The notes below the pieces were generated by a model. That model saw only the letters and a list, made by a program, of their open reading frames with translations, was not told the origin of the DNA and ran no database searches. From Planctomycetota bacterium (GTDB taxonomy: Bacteria > Planctomycetota > MHYJ01 > WSZJ01): a DNA stretch of 64,000 nt. Where the stretch lies: NCBI GenBank assembly GCA_038060895.1, contig JBBTCT010000036.1:39168-103167 (forward strand). Direction: 5' to 3'. The stretch's first letter is position 1, and the number at the start of each line of letters is the position of its first letter. Shown in pieces: positions 19,748 to 30,771 of the stretch. A program made the translations under genes and the position numbers.

Positions 19748-20748
19748 CCCGCGCCGATGTTCCGCAGCGCCCGGCGAAGCGCAGCCGCCAGTTTCCGCCG
19801 GTCGTGCCGGATGAAGTGCGGCCACTGCCGCTTGAATTTCCCGGCGCGCGCGTACTTCTTGAGCTCCTCGGCTGTCGGCCCCTCCGTCAAGTCGCGCGCG
19901 ATCCAGTGCGACGGCCACGGCCGGGGCGCGGGGATGGGCGACGACCCTTGCCGGGCGTACAGGCGCCGCAGCGACGGCGGCGGAACTCCGGTGTTGAGCA
20001 GGACCGCGTCGGGCTCGCGGCCGATCATCCGCTTCACGGCCGTGACATGTGCAGCGACGTCCATGCCGTCGGTCTGGCCGGGCTGGGTCATGAGATTGGC
20101 GATGTAGATTACCGGCGTGCGCGCCAGCGCCGCCCGCACGCCGCGGGCCGCGAGGACGCTTCCGATCCCGGTCCACAGGCTCCCCGGGCAGATGATGGCC
20201 GCGGCCGATTGACGCAGTGCGGCAATGACCTCCTTCGTGGCGGGAAGCGCCGGCTCGTGGAACACCCTCTCGATCGGCGCAAGATTGCGCCGCCCGATGA
20301 TCGCCCACTCGCCCTTCACCGTCTTTCCATCCGCCAGCCGGGCACAGACTGCGGCCGAAGCATCGCTCACCGGCAGCACGCGGACCGGCACCCCTGCCGC
20401 GGCCCCGAGTTCAAGCGCGGCAACCGTCAGCGAGCCGCGAGCCGTGGCCAACGCGGCGAGCATGAGGTTCCCGGTTGATGTCCCCTCGAGCGGCCCCTGC
20501 GTGAAGCGGTGCCTCAGCAGCTCCGCCACCGGATTTCCGGCGGGGGCGATCGCCGAAAGGCAGTTCCTCAGGTCCCCCACCTGCGGGATCCCCAGCACGC
20601 GCCGCAGCATCCCCGAGTGCCCGCCGTCGTCCGTGACCCCCACGACCGCGGTCGCGCGCACGCCCCTCAGCGCGGACAGCACCGCAGCCTGCCCCGTCCC
20701 GCCACCCAGGGTGACGATCGAGCCCCGCGCGCTGTTCGCCCTTTTCAC
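19744..20748 (-). CDS. YvcK/UPF0052 (CofD-like) gluconeogenesis factor family protein
   Basis: LGGGTG, TDDGGHSG, GDLRNCL, PGSLWT and NLMTQPGQTDG motifs. Confidence 0.88.
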   Translation of the reverse strand: MKRANSARGSIVTLGGGTGQAAVLSALRGVRATAVVGVTDDGGHSGMLRRVLGIPQVGDLRNCLSAIAPAGNPVAELLRHRFTQGPLEGTSTGNLMLAALATARGSLTVAALELGAAAGVPVRVLPVSDASAAVCARLADGKTVKGEWAIIGRRNLAPIERVFHEPALPATKEVIAALRQSAAAIICPGSLWTGIGSVLAARGVRAALARTPVIYIANLMTQPGQTDGMDVAAHVTAVKRMIGREPDAVLLNTGVPPPSLRRLYARQGSSPIPAPRPWPSHWIARDLTEGPTAEELKKYARAGKFKRQWPHFIRHDRRKLAAALRRALRNIGAG

Positions 20749-20769
20749 TTTCGACCCCGAGGCCGGGAC

Positions 20770-21501
20770 TCAAGCAATCGACAGATCACCAAAGTGCGGA
20801 AGCGGGAACTCCAGCGCCTGCACGTCCCCGCACGCCCCGCACTTCACGTCCAGCTTGTCCACGTGCTCCCCCCCCGGCCCCGTCACCAGCGACTGCATCT
20901 TCACTTCGTATTTCGGCTGCCCGCATTTGCAGTGGAGCCGCGCCACCACCCAGTACTCACGCCGCAGGTCTCCGAAATGCCGCGCGATCGGCGTCGAGCG
21001 CGTCGAAACGTAGCCGTCGATCAGGATCGCCACCCGCTTGAGCAGCTCGTTCTCGTAAGGCTGCCGCGCCTCGTCCTCGTCGAGCCCCAGCCGCGTCAGC
21101 ACGTTGTCGAATCCCTCGAACATCTTCCGCGCCGCGAACAGCACCATGTACCCCACCGGGTGCTTCTCCAGCACCGGCAGCTTCTCGAACTCCTCCGCCA
21201 GCGCCGCTTCCGCCGCGTCGTCCACGTCCGCCGCCGGCCGCCGCTTGAGCACCTCCTGCGCCGCGCGCAGAAGCGCTTCGTCCAGGTGGTCCATGGCGAC
21301 GATCCCGTCGAAGCCGAAGACGGAGAAGTGCTCGCCGATCAGCGCGAAGTACCGCTGGCGCTGCGACAGGGAAGCGAGAAGCGCGCCGATGGCCTCGCGG
21401 GAGGCCGTGAAAGCGGGGGGAAGCGCGGCGACGCCGCGGGCGATTGCCGCGGACTCGCGTTCGACGAGTTTCGCAACTTCGGGGTTGTCGCCGGCGCGCA
21501 T
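20770..21501 (-). CDS. Hypothetical protein with C-terminal Zn-ribbon-like motif
   Basis: HCKCG...CGACG motif. TACACT lies 6 nt upstream of the ATG. Confidence 0.7.
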   Translation of the reverse strand: MRAGDNPEVAKLVERESAAIARGVAALPPAFTASREAIGALLASLSQRQRYFALIGEHFSVFGFDGIVAMDHLDEALLRAAQEVLKRRPAADVDDAAEAALAEEFEKLPVLEKHPVGYMVLFAARKMFEGFDNVLTRLGLDEDEARQPYENELLKRVAILIDGYVSTRSTPIARHFGDLRREYWVVARLHCKCGQPKYEVKMQSLVTGPGGEHVDKLDVKCGACGDVQALEFPLPHFGDLSIA

Positions 21502-21547
21502 GAAGTGAGTGTAGCGCGAGGGGTGATGGATGGGGAGAGACGAGGAC

Positions 21548-21716
21548 TAGCGGTTCGACACGTTTGATTCCACCGGTTGCGTCCTTCGGACCACACCGCT
21601 AAGCACTTCCACGTCGATTCTGTTCCATTCAGCCGCCGTGAATTGCGGCGGCCCGCACGGAGGTGACCGGAACTGGAGCGGAGCGGATGGATGGCACAGA
21701 ATCAACCTGGCGTTAC
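21548..21716. repeat. Intergenic element related to 13345-13418
   Basis: Begins TAGCGGTTCGACACGTTTGATTCC and ends GAATCAA. Contains an imperfect internal inverted repeat. Confidence 0.45.
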
Positions 21717-23702
21717 TCAGGGTTCGACCATTTTCAGAAACTCCTCCTCATCGATGATCTTGACCCCGAGGGTCTTCGCCTTGTCGAGTTTCGACCCGGC
21801 GTTGGGCCCGGCGACGACGTAGTCGGTGTTCTTCGACACGCTCGAGGCGGCCTTACCGCCCATTTCGGCGACCTTTGCCTCGGCTTCCCGCCGCGCAATC
21901 TTCACAAGCTCGCCCGTGAACACGAACTTCAATCCCTGGAACCTGCCGCCCTCCGTTTTCTTCGGCTTCGGCCACTTCAGGCCGGCGTCGACGAGCCGTT
22001 CCACGAGCCGGCGATTGCCCTTGGCATCGAAGTGCTCGCGGATGACTTTCGCGACGCGCTCGCCGACCTCGGGGACTTCCTGCAGCTGTTCGACGGTCGC
22101 GTCCATGAGCGGGGCGATGTCGCCGAAGTGATTCGCGAGGTCGCGGGCGGTGGATTCGCCGACGAGGCGGATGGCAAGGGCGCCGATGAATTTCTCGAGC
22201 GTCGTGTTTTTGGAGGTCTCCAACTCGTCGAGGAGGTTTTGTGCGGACTTCTCGCCCATGCGCTCCAATTCGGCGAGAGTCTTCAGGTCGAGGTGGTAGA
22301 GGTCGGCCGCGTCCTTCACGAGGCCCTTGTCGACGAGTTGTTCGACGATCTTGTCACCGAAGCCGTCCATGCCGAGGAAATGGGTGAAGTGAAACAGCGT
22401 TCCCTTGACCTGGGCGGGGCAGACCGAGTTCGGACAGCGGGGGATCGCCTCGCCTTCGGGCCACGACACGGGCGTCGAGCAGACTGGACATTTCTTCGGC
22501 ATTTCGAGGTCGCGTTCGCTGCCCGTGCGCCTCGAGACGATGGCGCCCACGATTTCGGGGATGACGTCGCCGGCGCGGCGAATCGTGACCCAGTCGCCGA
22601 TTTTCACCCCCTTTTTCACGACGAGGCCGGGGTTGTTGAGCGTCGCGCGGCTGACCATGACGCCGCCAAGAAGTACCGGCTTGAGCTCGGCGACCGGCGT
22701 CAGTGCTCCCGTGCGCCCGACCGATACCGTCATGTCGAGAATCTGCGTGACCTCCTCGCGCGGCGGGAATTTCCAGGCGATCGCCCAGCGCGGGCTGCGC
22801 GTGCGGAAGCCCATCTCCTCGCGCAGGCGGAAGTCATCCACCTTGACGACCGCGCCGTCGACCTCGAATTCCAGCTTGTCGCGCCGCTTCAGCCAGCCGG
22901 CGTGGATCGCCGCCAGCTCCTCGGCGGTCCGGCCGCGCTGGAGGTGGCGCGCGCAGGTCGGCAGCCCCATCTTCTCGAGCGCTTTCAGCGTCGCTTCGTG
23001 CGCGCTGAACTTCACGCCCTTTGCCTCGCCGAAGCCGTGGATCATGATCCGGAGCGGCCTGGCCGCGGTCATCTTCGGGTCGAGCTGCCGAAGCGATCCC
23101 GCCGCGGTGTTGCGAGGGTTCATGAACGTCTTTTCGCCCTTCGCAGCAAGCTCGCGGTTCATCTTCTCGAAGTCTTTCACCGGGAAGTACACCTCGCCGC
23201 GCAGTTCGAGGCGTTCGGGCGCGTCCCCGTTGAGCCGAAGCGGCAGCCCGCGGATCGTCTTGAGGTTGTCCGTGATGTCCTCGCCGACCTCGCCGTCGCC
23301 ACGCGTGGACCCCGAAACAAAGAGCCCCTTCTCGTAGACCGCCTCCACCGCCGTTCCGTCGACCTTCGGCTCCACCACGAACTCCGGCGCCGTCCCTCCC
23401 GCCGCTTCGACCGCACGCTTGTACCAGTCCGCGAATTCCTCGGCGGTCATCGCGTTTTCAAGCGAAAGCATCGGCACGGTGTGCTTCACCTGTCTGAACA
23501 CGTCGCGCGCCGGCGCCCCGACCTTCTGCGTGGGGGAATCCGGCGTCGCAAGTTCCGGGTGCGCGGCCTCGATCTCCTGCAGCTCCCGGAACAGCCGGTC
23601 GTATTCCGCATCCGACATCACCGGGTCATCGAGCACGTAGTAGCCGTGCGAGGCCTCGGTGAGCCGGGTTCGGAGGGCCGCCGCGCGCTGGCCGGGGGTC
23701 AT
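21717..23702 (-). CDS. ligA: NAD-dependent DNA ligase
   Basis: EPKVDG adenylation motif, TRGDG, Zn finger CPVC and C-terminal BRCT. Confidence 0.97.
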   Translation of the reverse strand: MTPGQRAAALRTRLTEASHGYYVLDDPVMSDAEYDRLFRELQEIEAAHPELATPDSPTQKVGAPARDVFRQVKHTVPMLSLENAMTAEEFADWYKRAVEAAGGTAPEFVVEPKVDGTAVEAVYEKGLFVSGSTRGDGEVGEDITDNLKTIRGLPLRLNGDAPERLELRGEVYFPVKDFEKMNRELAAKGEKTFMNPRNTAAGSLRQLDPKMTAARPLRIMIHGFGEAKGVKFSAHEATLKALEKMGLPTCARHLQRGRTAEELAAIHAGWLKRRDKLEFEVDGAVVKVDDFRLREEMGFRTRSPRWAIAWKFPPREEVTQILDMTVSVGRTGALTPVAELKPVLLGGVMVSRATLNNPGLVVKKGVKIGDWVTIRRAGDVIPEIVGAIVSRRTGSERDLEMPKKCPVCSTPVSWPEGEAIPRCPNSVCPAQVKGTLFHFTHFLGMDGFGDKIVEQLVDKGLVKDAADLYHLDLKTLAELERMGEKSAQNLLDELETSKNTTLEKFIGALAIRLVGESTARDLANHFGDIAPLMDATVEQLQEVPEVGERVAKVIREHFDAKGNRRLVERLVDAGLKWPKPKKTEGGRFQGLKFVFTGELVKIARREAEAKVAEMGGKAASSVSKNTDYVVAGPNAGSKLDKAKTLGVKIIDEEEFLKMVEP

Positions 23703-23803
23703 GGCTGGGCAGCCTCCGCGGAATCGGGTCGAATGTCGAAGGTTACGACCAGCTCCGGCGTTCTGGCGGCCTTGACCTTTGACCCTGGACGTTCAACCCG
23801 TCT

Positions 23804-24220
23804 TCAAAGTTTCTCGATCTCTTTCAGATAAACCTTCGTCGTGATCTCGATCTTCTCCAGCACCGAGTTGTCCAGCAGGATCTTCAACTGCACCTTGCTC
23901 GACTTGGCGATCGATTGGAACTCCACTCCCACGTGGTGCGCGTCGTGCTCCGTGGATTTCTGGCACCAGACGACTCTTCCGCCCGCATTGATTTTGTCCC
24001 CGATCTGAGGCGCCTCGATCTGGACGGCGATCGACATTCCCTCGGGCAGTGGAAGCCTGCTGATGAAGTGGCAGCCGGTTTCCGAGAGATTCAGGGCGAT
24101 CAGGCGCTCGCCGTAGAGCCCCAGGAATGACAGCAGGCCGCCCCGCTTGTGCCGAAGAGTGCATCCGCGCACGCCGAACCTCTTGCGCTTGCGCCGTTCC
24201 TGTCCATCCCAGGTGCTCAT
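23804..24220 (-). CDS. PilZ-domain protein
   Basis: ERRKRKRF (RxxxR), NLSETG (D/NxSxxG), GRVVWC and GVEF motifs. Confidence 0.8.
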   Translation of the reverse strand: MSTWDGQERRKRKRFGVRGCTLRHKRGGLLSFLGLYGERLIALNLSETGCHFISRLPLPEGMSIAVQIEAPQIGDKINAGGRVVWCQKSTEHDAHHVGVEFQSIAKSSKVQLKILLDNSVLEKIEITTKVYLKEIEKL

Positions 24221-24352
24221 GAGCCGATTTCAGCACGCTCGCAGAGAGCGGTCAAGGCCGCCTCCAGGCCGGCGAGTCGAACCGTTTTCCTTCAAAGGTC
24301 CTGCCTCCCGGAGTAGACTCGAAAGGTCCTGCCAAGTGACCGGAGAAACCGC

Positions 24353-24877
24353 ATGACCGTGCCGGCATCCATACATCAGCCCGCAGCCACGACCGAAGCG
24401 ATTTCCGCCCTTCCGGCGGAAGCGCGCGAGGTGTTGCTGCGTGAGCTCGGCGCGCTCTACACGGAACTGGACGCCGTCATCGCCGCCGCCAACCCCCTCT
24501 GCCGGACGAGTGGCGACTGCTGCCAGTTTGCGAAGTACGGACACCGCCTCTACGCCACAAAGGCCGAGGCGCTCTACTTCGCGCTCCGTCGGGGATGGCC
24601 GCAGGAGGTGTTCGAAAAGGACGCCTGCCCGTACCTCCACGACAACCGGTGCACGGCCAGGAATGCGCGTCCGCTCGGCTGCCGGGTCTTCTTCTGCGAC
24701 CCCGCCTGGCGCGGGAAGGGCGAAGACCTGACCGAGCGGTTTCTGAAGCGCATCGGGGCTCTCTCGGAGCGGCTCGGGATCGAACGCGATTACCGGCCCT
24801 TCCTCGAGCACCTGGACACCTTCCGCACGTCGCAAGTTCCGGCAGGGGACAACGGGGAGGCGTCTTGGCCAAGCTAG
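24353..24877 (+). CDS. YkgJ-like cysteine-cluster protein
   Basis: CRTSGDCC, CPYL, C..RNARPLGCRVFFC motifs. Confidence 0.8.
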   Translation: MTVPASIHQPAATTEAISALPAEAREVLLRELGALYTELDAVIAAANPLCRTSGDCCQFAKYGHRLYATKAEALYFALRRGWPQEVFEKDACPYLHDNRCTARNARPLGCRVFFCDPAWRGKGEDLTERFLKRIGALSERLGIERDYRPFLEHLDTFRTSQVPAGDNGEASWPS

Positions 24878-25368
24878 TCATCAAGGAAGGCGACTACACG
24901 CACGAACATCCTCTCGACGAGGTGGAAACGCTGATCGGGCGGTCGCAGAAGTGCCTCGTCAGGCTCACGGAGCCGGCGGCGTCGCGCAACCACTGCACGA
25001 TCCTGAAGACGCCGGAGGGGTGGCTGCTGATGGATCTTCAGAGCAGCAACGGGACGATCCTGAACGGTGTGAGGATCACGGAGAGCCCGCTGAAGACGGG
25101 AGACGTGATCCGGATCGGCAACGCCGAGATGGCGTTCAAGGGCGACCAGGACGATTCGAAGCACGTGGTGGACGTGCGCGAGAAATTCCGCGAGTTGTCG
25201 GACGAGAAGCAGGTCGTGCACTACGAGGTGGTGAAGAGCGAGGACGGGACGGAGGAATTGAAGGCGGAGTGGTCAGACCGGGCGGCGAAGCTCAAGAAGC
25301 AGGCAAAGGACCCGCACGAGCCTGAGACCAAGGACCCGATCAAGCCGGACGAAACGCACCACGCGTAG
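24865..25368 (+). CDS. FHA-domain protein
   Basis: TTG start after GGAGG. IGR, SRNH, DLQSSNGT and LKTGDVIRIG motifs. Confidence 0.85.
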   Translation: MAKLVIKEGDYTHEHPLDEVETLIGRSQKCLVRLTEPAASRNHCTILKTPEGWLLMDLQSSNGTILNGVRITESPLKTGDVIRIGNAEMAFKGDQDDSKHVVDVREKFRELSDEKQVVHYEVVKSEDGTEELKAEWSDRAAKLKKQAKDPHEPETKDPIKPDETHHA

Positions 25369-27261
<1,893 letters not shown>

Positions 27262-27361
27262 GTCCCGTTCCCCCATGAAGTCACCCTCGTGTGAGAGAAG
27301 AGGTAGGGGGAAGAGCTGGCCTTTGGTCAAAAGCGGGTGTCTCGGTCAATCGCACATCCAC

Positions 27362-27440
27362 GACAACTCCAAATCCCAACTCCAACCCCAAGCCGATGAA
27401 GGACTTGGGGTTGGGGTTGGAGTTGGGATTTGGAGTTGTC
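27362..27440. repeat. Perfect 30-bp inverted repeat built from CAACTC/CAACCC-like hexamers
   Basis: GACAACTCCAAATCCCAACTCCAACCCCAA (27362-27391) and its reverse complement (27411-27440). Confidence 0.85.
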
Positions 27441-27563
27441 CCTGGCATCGGGGACACGCCTGAGTTCGTCAAGATCTGGGGAATCGCAGGCCCTCGTGAA
27501 AAGCCGGCCGTTCGGCGCGAGCCGGCGAGTACGCAAGCCTGTGTTGGGAAAGAGGTTCGGATG

Positions 27564-28883
27564 CTATTCCTCCGGCGACAGGACGATTTCCATCGGGTTC
27601 TCCAGCGCGACTCGGATCCGCTTCCAGCCCGATTCCACAAGGCCCGTCTTTACCCAGACCAGCCGCCCCGGCCGCTCTTCCCAGTGACCTTCAGTTGTCT
27701 TGAAGCCTCCACCCGGGCCCACCGTCACGCGCGGCTGTCCTTTCACCCACTCCCGCCCGCTGGCCTCGAACACGAGCCGCGCTCCTTTGACCCGGAACGC
27801 GTGACCGTCCAGCACCAGGGCCCACTCGCTTGTTTCGAGCTTGCCCGCAGGAAGAGTCACCGTCTTGCGCAGCACCTGGCACATCTGCGGCGGCAACTCG
27901 AAGGTGACGCACGAATCCAGCGGGTCCACGACCGCGTTGCGGAAGTCCCCGCCGCGAAAGACGGGATCGTCCGAGAGGAGGATGACGCCCGCCGAATTGA
28001 ACAGGTGCCACTTCGTCCCGGGCGGGCCTTTCACCCGGTCCAGGGCGTCCGGGTTCGGGCGGCCCCCGTGCAAGGCCATGATTTCCGGCCTGGGAAATGC
28101 CTCGAGCTTCCCCTCGAACGACCGGCCGGGAAATGTCCCGAACCAGCGGATCCTTTCGCACGCTTCCCGGTCCAGCCCGTCGCCGGACGAGAAGCGGAGC
28201 AAAGAGGCGCCCGCGCGGTCGAGGACGTTGATCTCGATCCCCTTGATCCCGGACGCGGCCAGCCGCTTCTGCATGACCTTCGCCGCCGCCGCCGCTCCCT
28301 CGCAGGCAGTGCCCGGCGGCGGACGCATCAGGATTTCCTTCACGGCGACGTCCGTCGGTGACGAGGGAATCCAGGTTCCCGGCGCTTCCTCCGCGGGAGA
28401 AATCCTCGGGGGACCGGGCCGCTTCGCGACAGCTCCTCCCACCACGCCCGCGGCCGCCGTCACTTTCCGGATCTCCGCGATGCGGGGCCTCAGCTTCGCG
28501 CAGCCGGCGTGCTCACTCGTGTAGGTGCCCAGGAGTTTCTCGATCCTCGCCTCGCACCAGTCCAGCCGTGCGTCCACGAGCTTCACGTGGTCCGCGACAT
28601 TCGCCATCCCCGGCTCGATCCCCTCCGACAGCCTCCGTGCTTCTTCGATTTCAATGTCCAGCTCCCGCAACATCACTTCCGCCGATGGCAGGCGTTCGAC
28701 CACCGCGCTCTTGGGCACCAGGACGCCTTCCGGCTCCTGCGCCGTCTTGACCCGGTAGTAGTCGCCTTCCTCCGTGACCTCCCCGACAACGCAATCGCCC
28801 GCCCGGGTCCAGAGCGCATCGGGAAGCGCCGTGGAAGCGGAGGCGAGGAGGAGCAGGAACGCGATAAGGGGGTCTGGGCGCAT
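27564..28883 (-). CDS. Secreted hypothetical protein, C-terminal half weakly SecD periplasmic-domain-like
   Basis: Signal peptide MRPDPLIAFLLLLASASTA. AAKVMQKRLAASGI resembles the SecD P1 start (weak). Confidence 0.6.
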   Translation of the reverse strand: MRPDPLIAFLLLLASASTALPDALWTRAGDCVVGEVTEEGDYYRVKTAQEPEGVLVPKSAVVERLPSAEVMLRELDIEIEEARRLSEGIEPGMANVADHVKLVDARLDWCEARIEKLLGTYTSEHAGCAKLRPRIAEIRKVTAAAGVVGGAVAKRPGPPRISPAEEAPGTWIPSSPTDVAVKEILMRPPPGTACEGAAAAAKVMQKRLAASGIKGIEINVLDRAGASLLRFSSGDGLDREACERIRWFGTFPGRSFEGKLEAFPRPEIMALHGGRPNPDALDRVKGPPGTKWHLFNSAGVILLSDDPVFRGGDFRNAVVDPLDSCVTFELPPQMCQVLRKTVTLPAGKLETSEWALVLDGHAFRVKGARLVFEASGREWVKGQPRVTVGPGGGFKTTEGHWEERPGRLVWVKTGLVESGWKRIRVALENPMEIVLSPEE

Positions 28884-29000
28884 GGCTGGGTTGCCCGCCA
28901 TTCTATCGCCGGCGAGGACACTATTTGCACCCTTCGACTCGCTCAAGGTGAGCCGGGCCGAATGAAGTGATGACGTGGAAAAGCGGTGTTGCGGCCCGGC

Positions 29001-29687
29001 TCAGAAACTCTCGAAGAACTCCTTCAACTCCTCCTGCAGTTCTTCCTCCGTCTCCACCGTTTCGCGGATCTCCGCGATGATCTTTTCGCGCAGCCCTTTG
29101 CGCGCCCGGTGGAGCAGGTTCGTGACGTCGGTGACGCTGATCTTGAGCTCCGCGGCGGTGTCCTGGTAACTCGGACGGTCGCCGGGGACGAGGTGTTTGC
29201 GCACGCCGTTCCACTTCGCGCCGAGTTCCTTGCCGAGCCCGTCCATCGCGCGCTGCAGGATCGCCATGCACCAGGCGCGGCGGAAATGGCGCTCGGGAGA
29301 TTCTTCGGTCCGCATCTCGTCCTCGAGCAGCTCGACGTCGAGCGAGACCGGCGGCTTGCCGCGCTTGAGCGCGTGGGCCTTGCGATATTCGTTCGCGAGA
29401 AAGTGTTCGAGCGTCGCGAGGAGGTAGTTCTTGAAGCGCCCCCGCCCCTTCTGCACCCGGTCGAGCAGGTCGCTCTCGAAGAAATGAATGAAAAACCCCT
29501 GAGTCAGGTCCTTCGCGTCCTCCACGTTCTTGCCCTTGCGGCGGACGTAGAAGTAGATCGGCTTCCAGTAAATCGAAAAAAGCTGGTTCAGCGCTTCCTC
29601 GCGCTTGTCCTTCGCCTTGAGCACGAGGGACCACATCGTGCTCTGGAAGTCGTAGCCGCCGGTGCCGCCGAGGCTGGTGTCGCTCAC
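29001..29687 (-). CDS. ECF sigma factor (planctomycete/verrucomicrobial kinase-associated type)
   Basis: FQSTMWSLV, YWKPIYFYVRR, DAKDLTQGFF, GRFKNYL motifs and region-4 HTH. Confidence 0.88.
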   Translation of the reverse strand: MSDTSLGGTGGYDFQSTMWSLVLKAKDKREEALNQLFSIYWKPIYFYVRRKGKNVEDAKDLTQGFFIHFFESDLLDRVQKGRGRFKNYLLATLEHFLANEYRKAHALKRGKPPVSLDVELLEDEMRTEESPERHFRRAWCMAILQRAMDGLGKELGAKWNGVRKHLVPGDRPSYQDTAAELKISVTDVTNLLHRARKGLREKIIAEIRETVETEEELQEELKEFFESF

Positions 29688-30616
29688 TTCGAACCCTCAG
29701 TCTTCCGGAACATTTTGAAGGTGACGAGCCACTCGGTGTACGTCTCGCGGTCGGGGTTGAAGGCGTTCCGGATCGCCTCCCCGTAGGGGGCCATCGTACG
29801 GGAGAAGAAGGCGGCGTAGCCCTCCTTTTCCATGGCGTCGAGGGAGTTGCCGTAGGAGGCGAGGACCTTGTCCATGAAGAGCCCGCCGGCGGCGTTGGTG
29901 ACGGCGAGCGACGCGCCGGCCGCGCGGGCGGCGTTGACGGTCATGAGGCCGGCGACGGCCTCGAGCGAGAGGTGTTCCTTGATGGCGATCGAGGTCATGC
30001 GCTTCCAGAGCGAGTCGAAGCTCGGGATGAGGTTGGTGGACTTCGAAAACATCGTCGCGTAGGAAGAGGTCAGTTCCTGGCGGTACTTCTTGAAGTCGGC
30101 CTGCGACAGCGGCGGGAGGTCGAGGACTTTCGCGGACTGCGAGGTCGCCTGCTCGACGGCGCCGAGGACGTCGCCGAAATCGGACGTCTGCGCGTTGGGG
30201 TCGATCACGCCTTCCTTCTTAAGCTCGACCGTGAGCCGGTCCATGTACGCCTTGCTTCCCGAAACGACGTCCGCGCCGACGGCGAAGAGCCAGATCGGCG
30301 AGAAGTGGAACGACATGAGGCCCAGCGCTTCGACGGCGTTTCCGGCGAGCTTGCGCTGCACCATGTCCTGCGGAAGCTGCTCGCCGGTTTTCGAGTAGAC
30401 GTTTTCAACGGCGCCGACGCGCTCGATGACGAGGCGCTGCATGTTGCCGACGAGAACCTTGTAGGTCGTGGTGCCGCGAAGGGAATCCGGCAGGACGAGG
30501 TCGGTCAGGATTTTCGACACACCGCCGACGCCTGCAGCGAGCGCCTGCACGGTCCGCTCGGGGAGCGAGACGGTGTACTTGAGGAAGTTGCCGACGCCTT
30601 CGAGCCATCCGAGCAT
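29684..30616 (-). CDS. Hypothetical protein
   Basis: 310-aa ORF with typical codon usage. Stop overlaps the sigma factor start (GTGA). Confidence 0.75.
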   Translation of the reverse strand: MLGWLEGVGNFLKYTVSLPERTVQALAAGVGGVSKILTDLVLPDSLRGTTTYKVLVGNMQRLVIERVGAVENVYSKTGEQLPQDMVQRKLAGNAVEALGLMSFHFSPIWLFAVGADVVSGSKAYMDRLTVELKKEGVIDPNAQTSDFGDVLGAVEQATSQSAKVLDLPPLSQADFKKYRQELTSSYATMFSKSTNLIPSFDSLWKRMTSIAIKEHLSLEAVAGLMTVNAARAAGASLAVTNAAGGLFMDKVLASYGNSLDAMEKEGYAAFFSRTMAPYGEAIRNAFNPDRETYTEWLVTFKMFRKTEGSK

Positions 30617-30632
30617 GGTTGTCCCCTTCGGG

Positions 30633-30766
30633 GAAACTTCAACTTCAACATTTCAACTCTCAAGCAACCGGCAACTTCAAAAGGAGAACCTTAACTCCGT
30701 GGCGCCAAGGATTGCTGTTTGAAGTTGCCGGTTGCTTGAGAGTTGAAATGTTGAAGTTGAAGTTTC
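30633..30766. repeat. Perfect 49-bp inverted repeat with 36-nt spacer (CAACTT-rich)
   Basis: 30633-30681 is the exact reverse complement of 30718-30766. Confidence 0.9.
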
Positions 30767-30771
30767 TCCCT

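Noticed and set aside
30633-30766. CRISPR array or IS element
   Set aside because: The repeats are inverted, not regularly spaced direct repeats with unique spacers. No cas or transposase gene is seen in the window.
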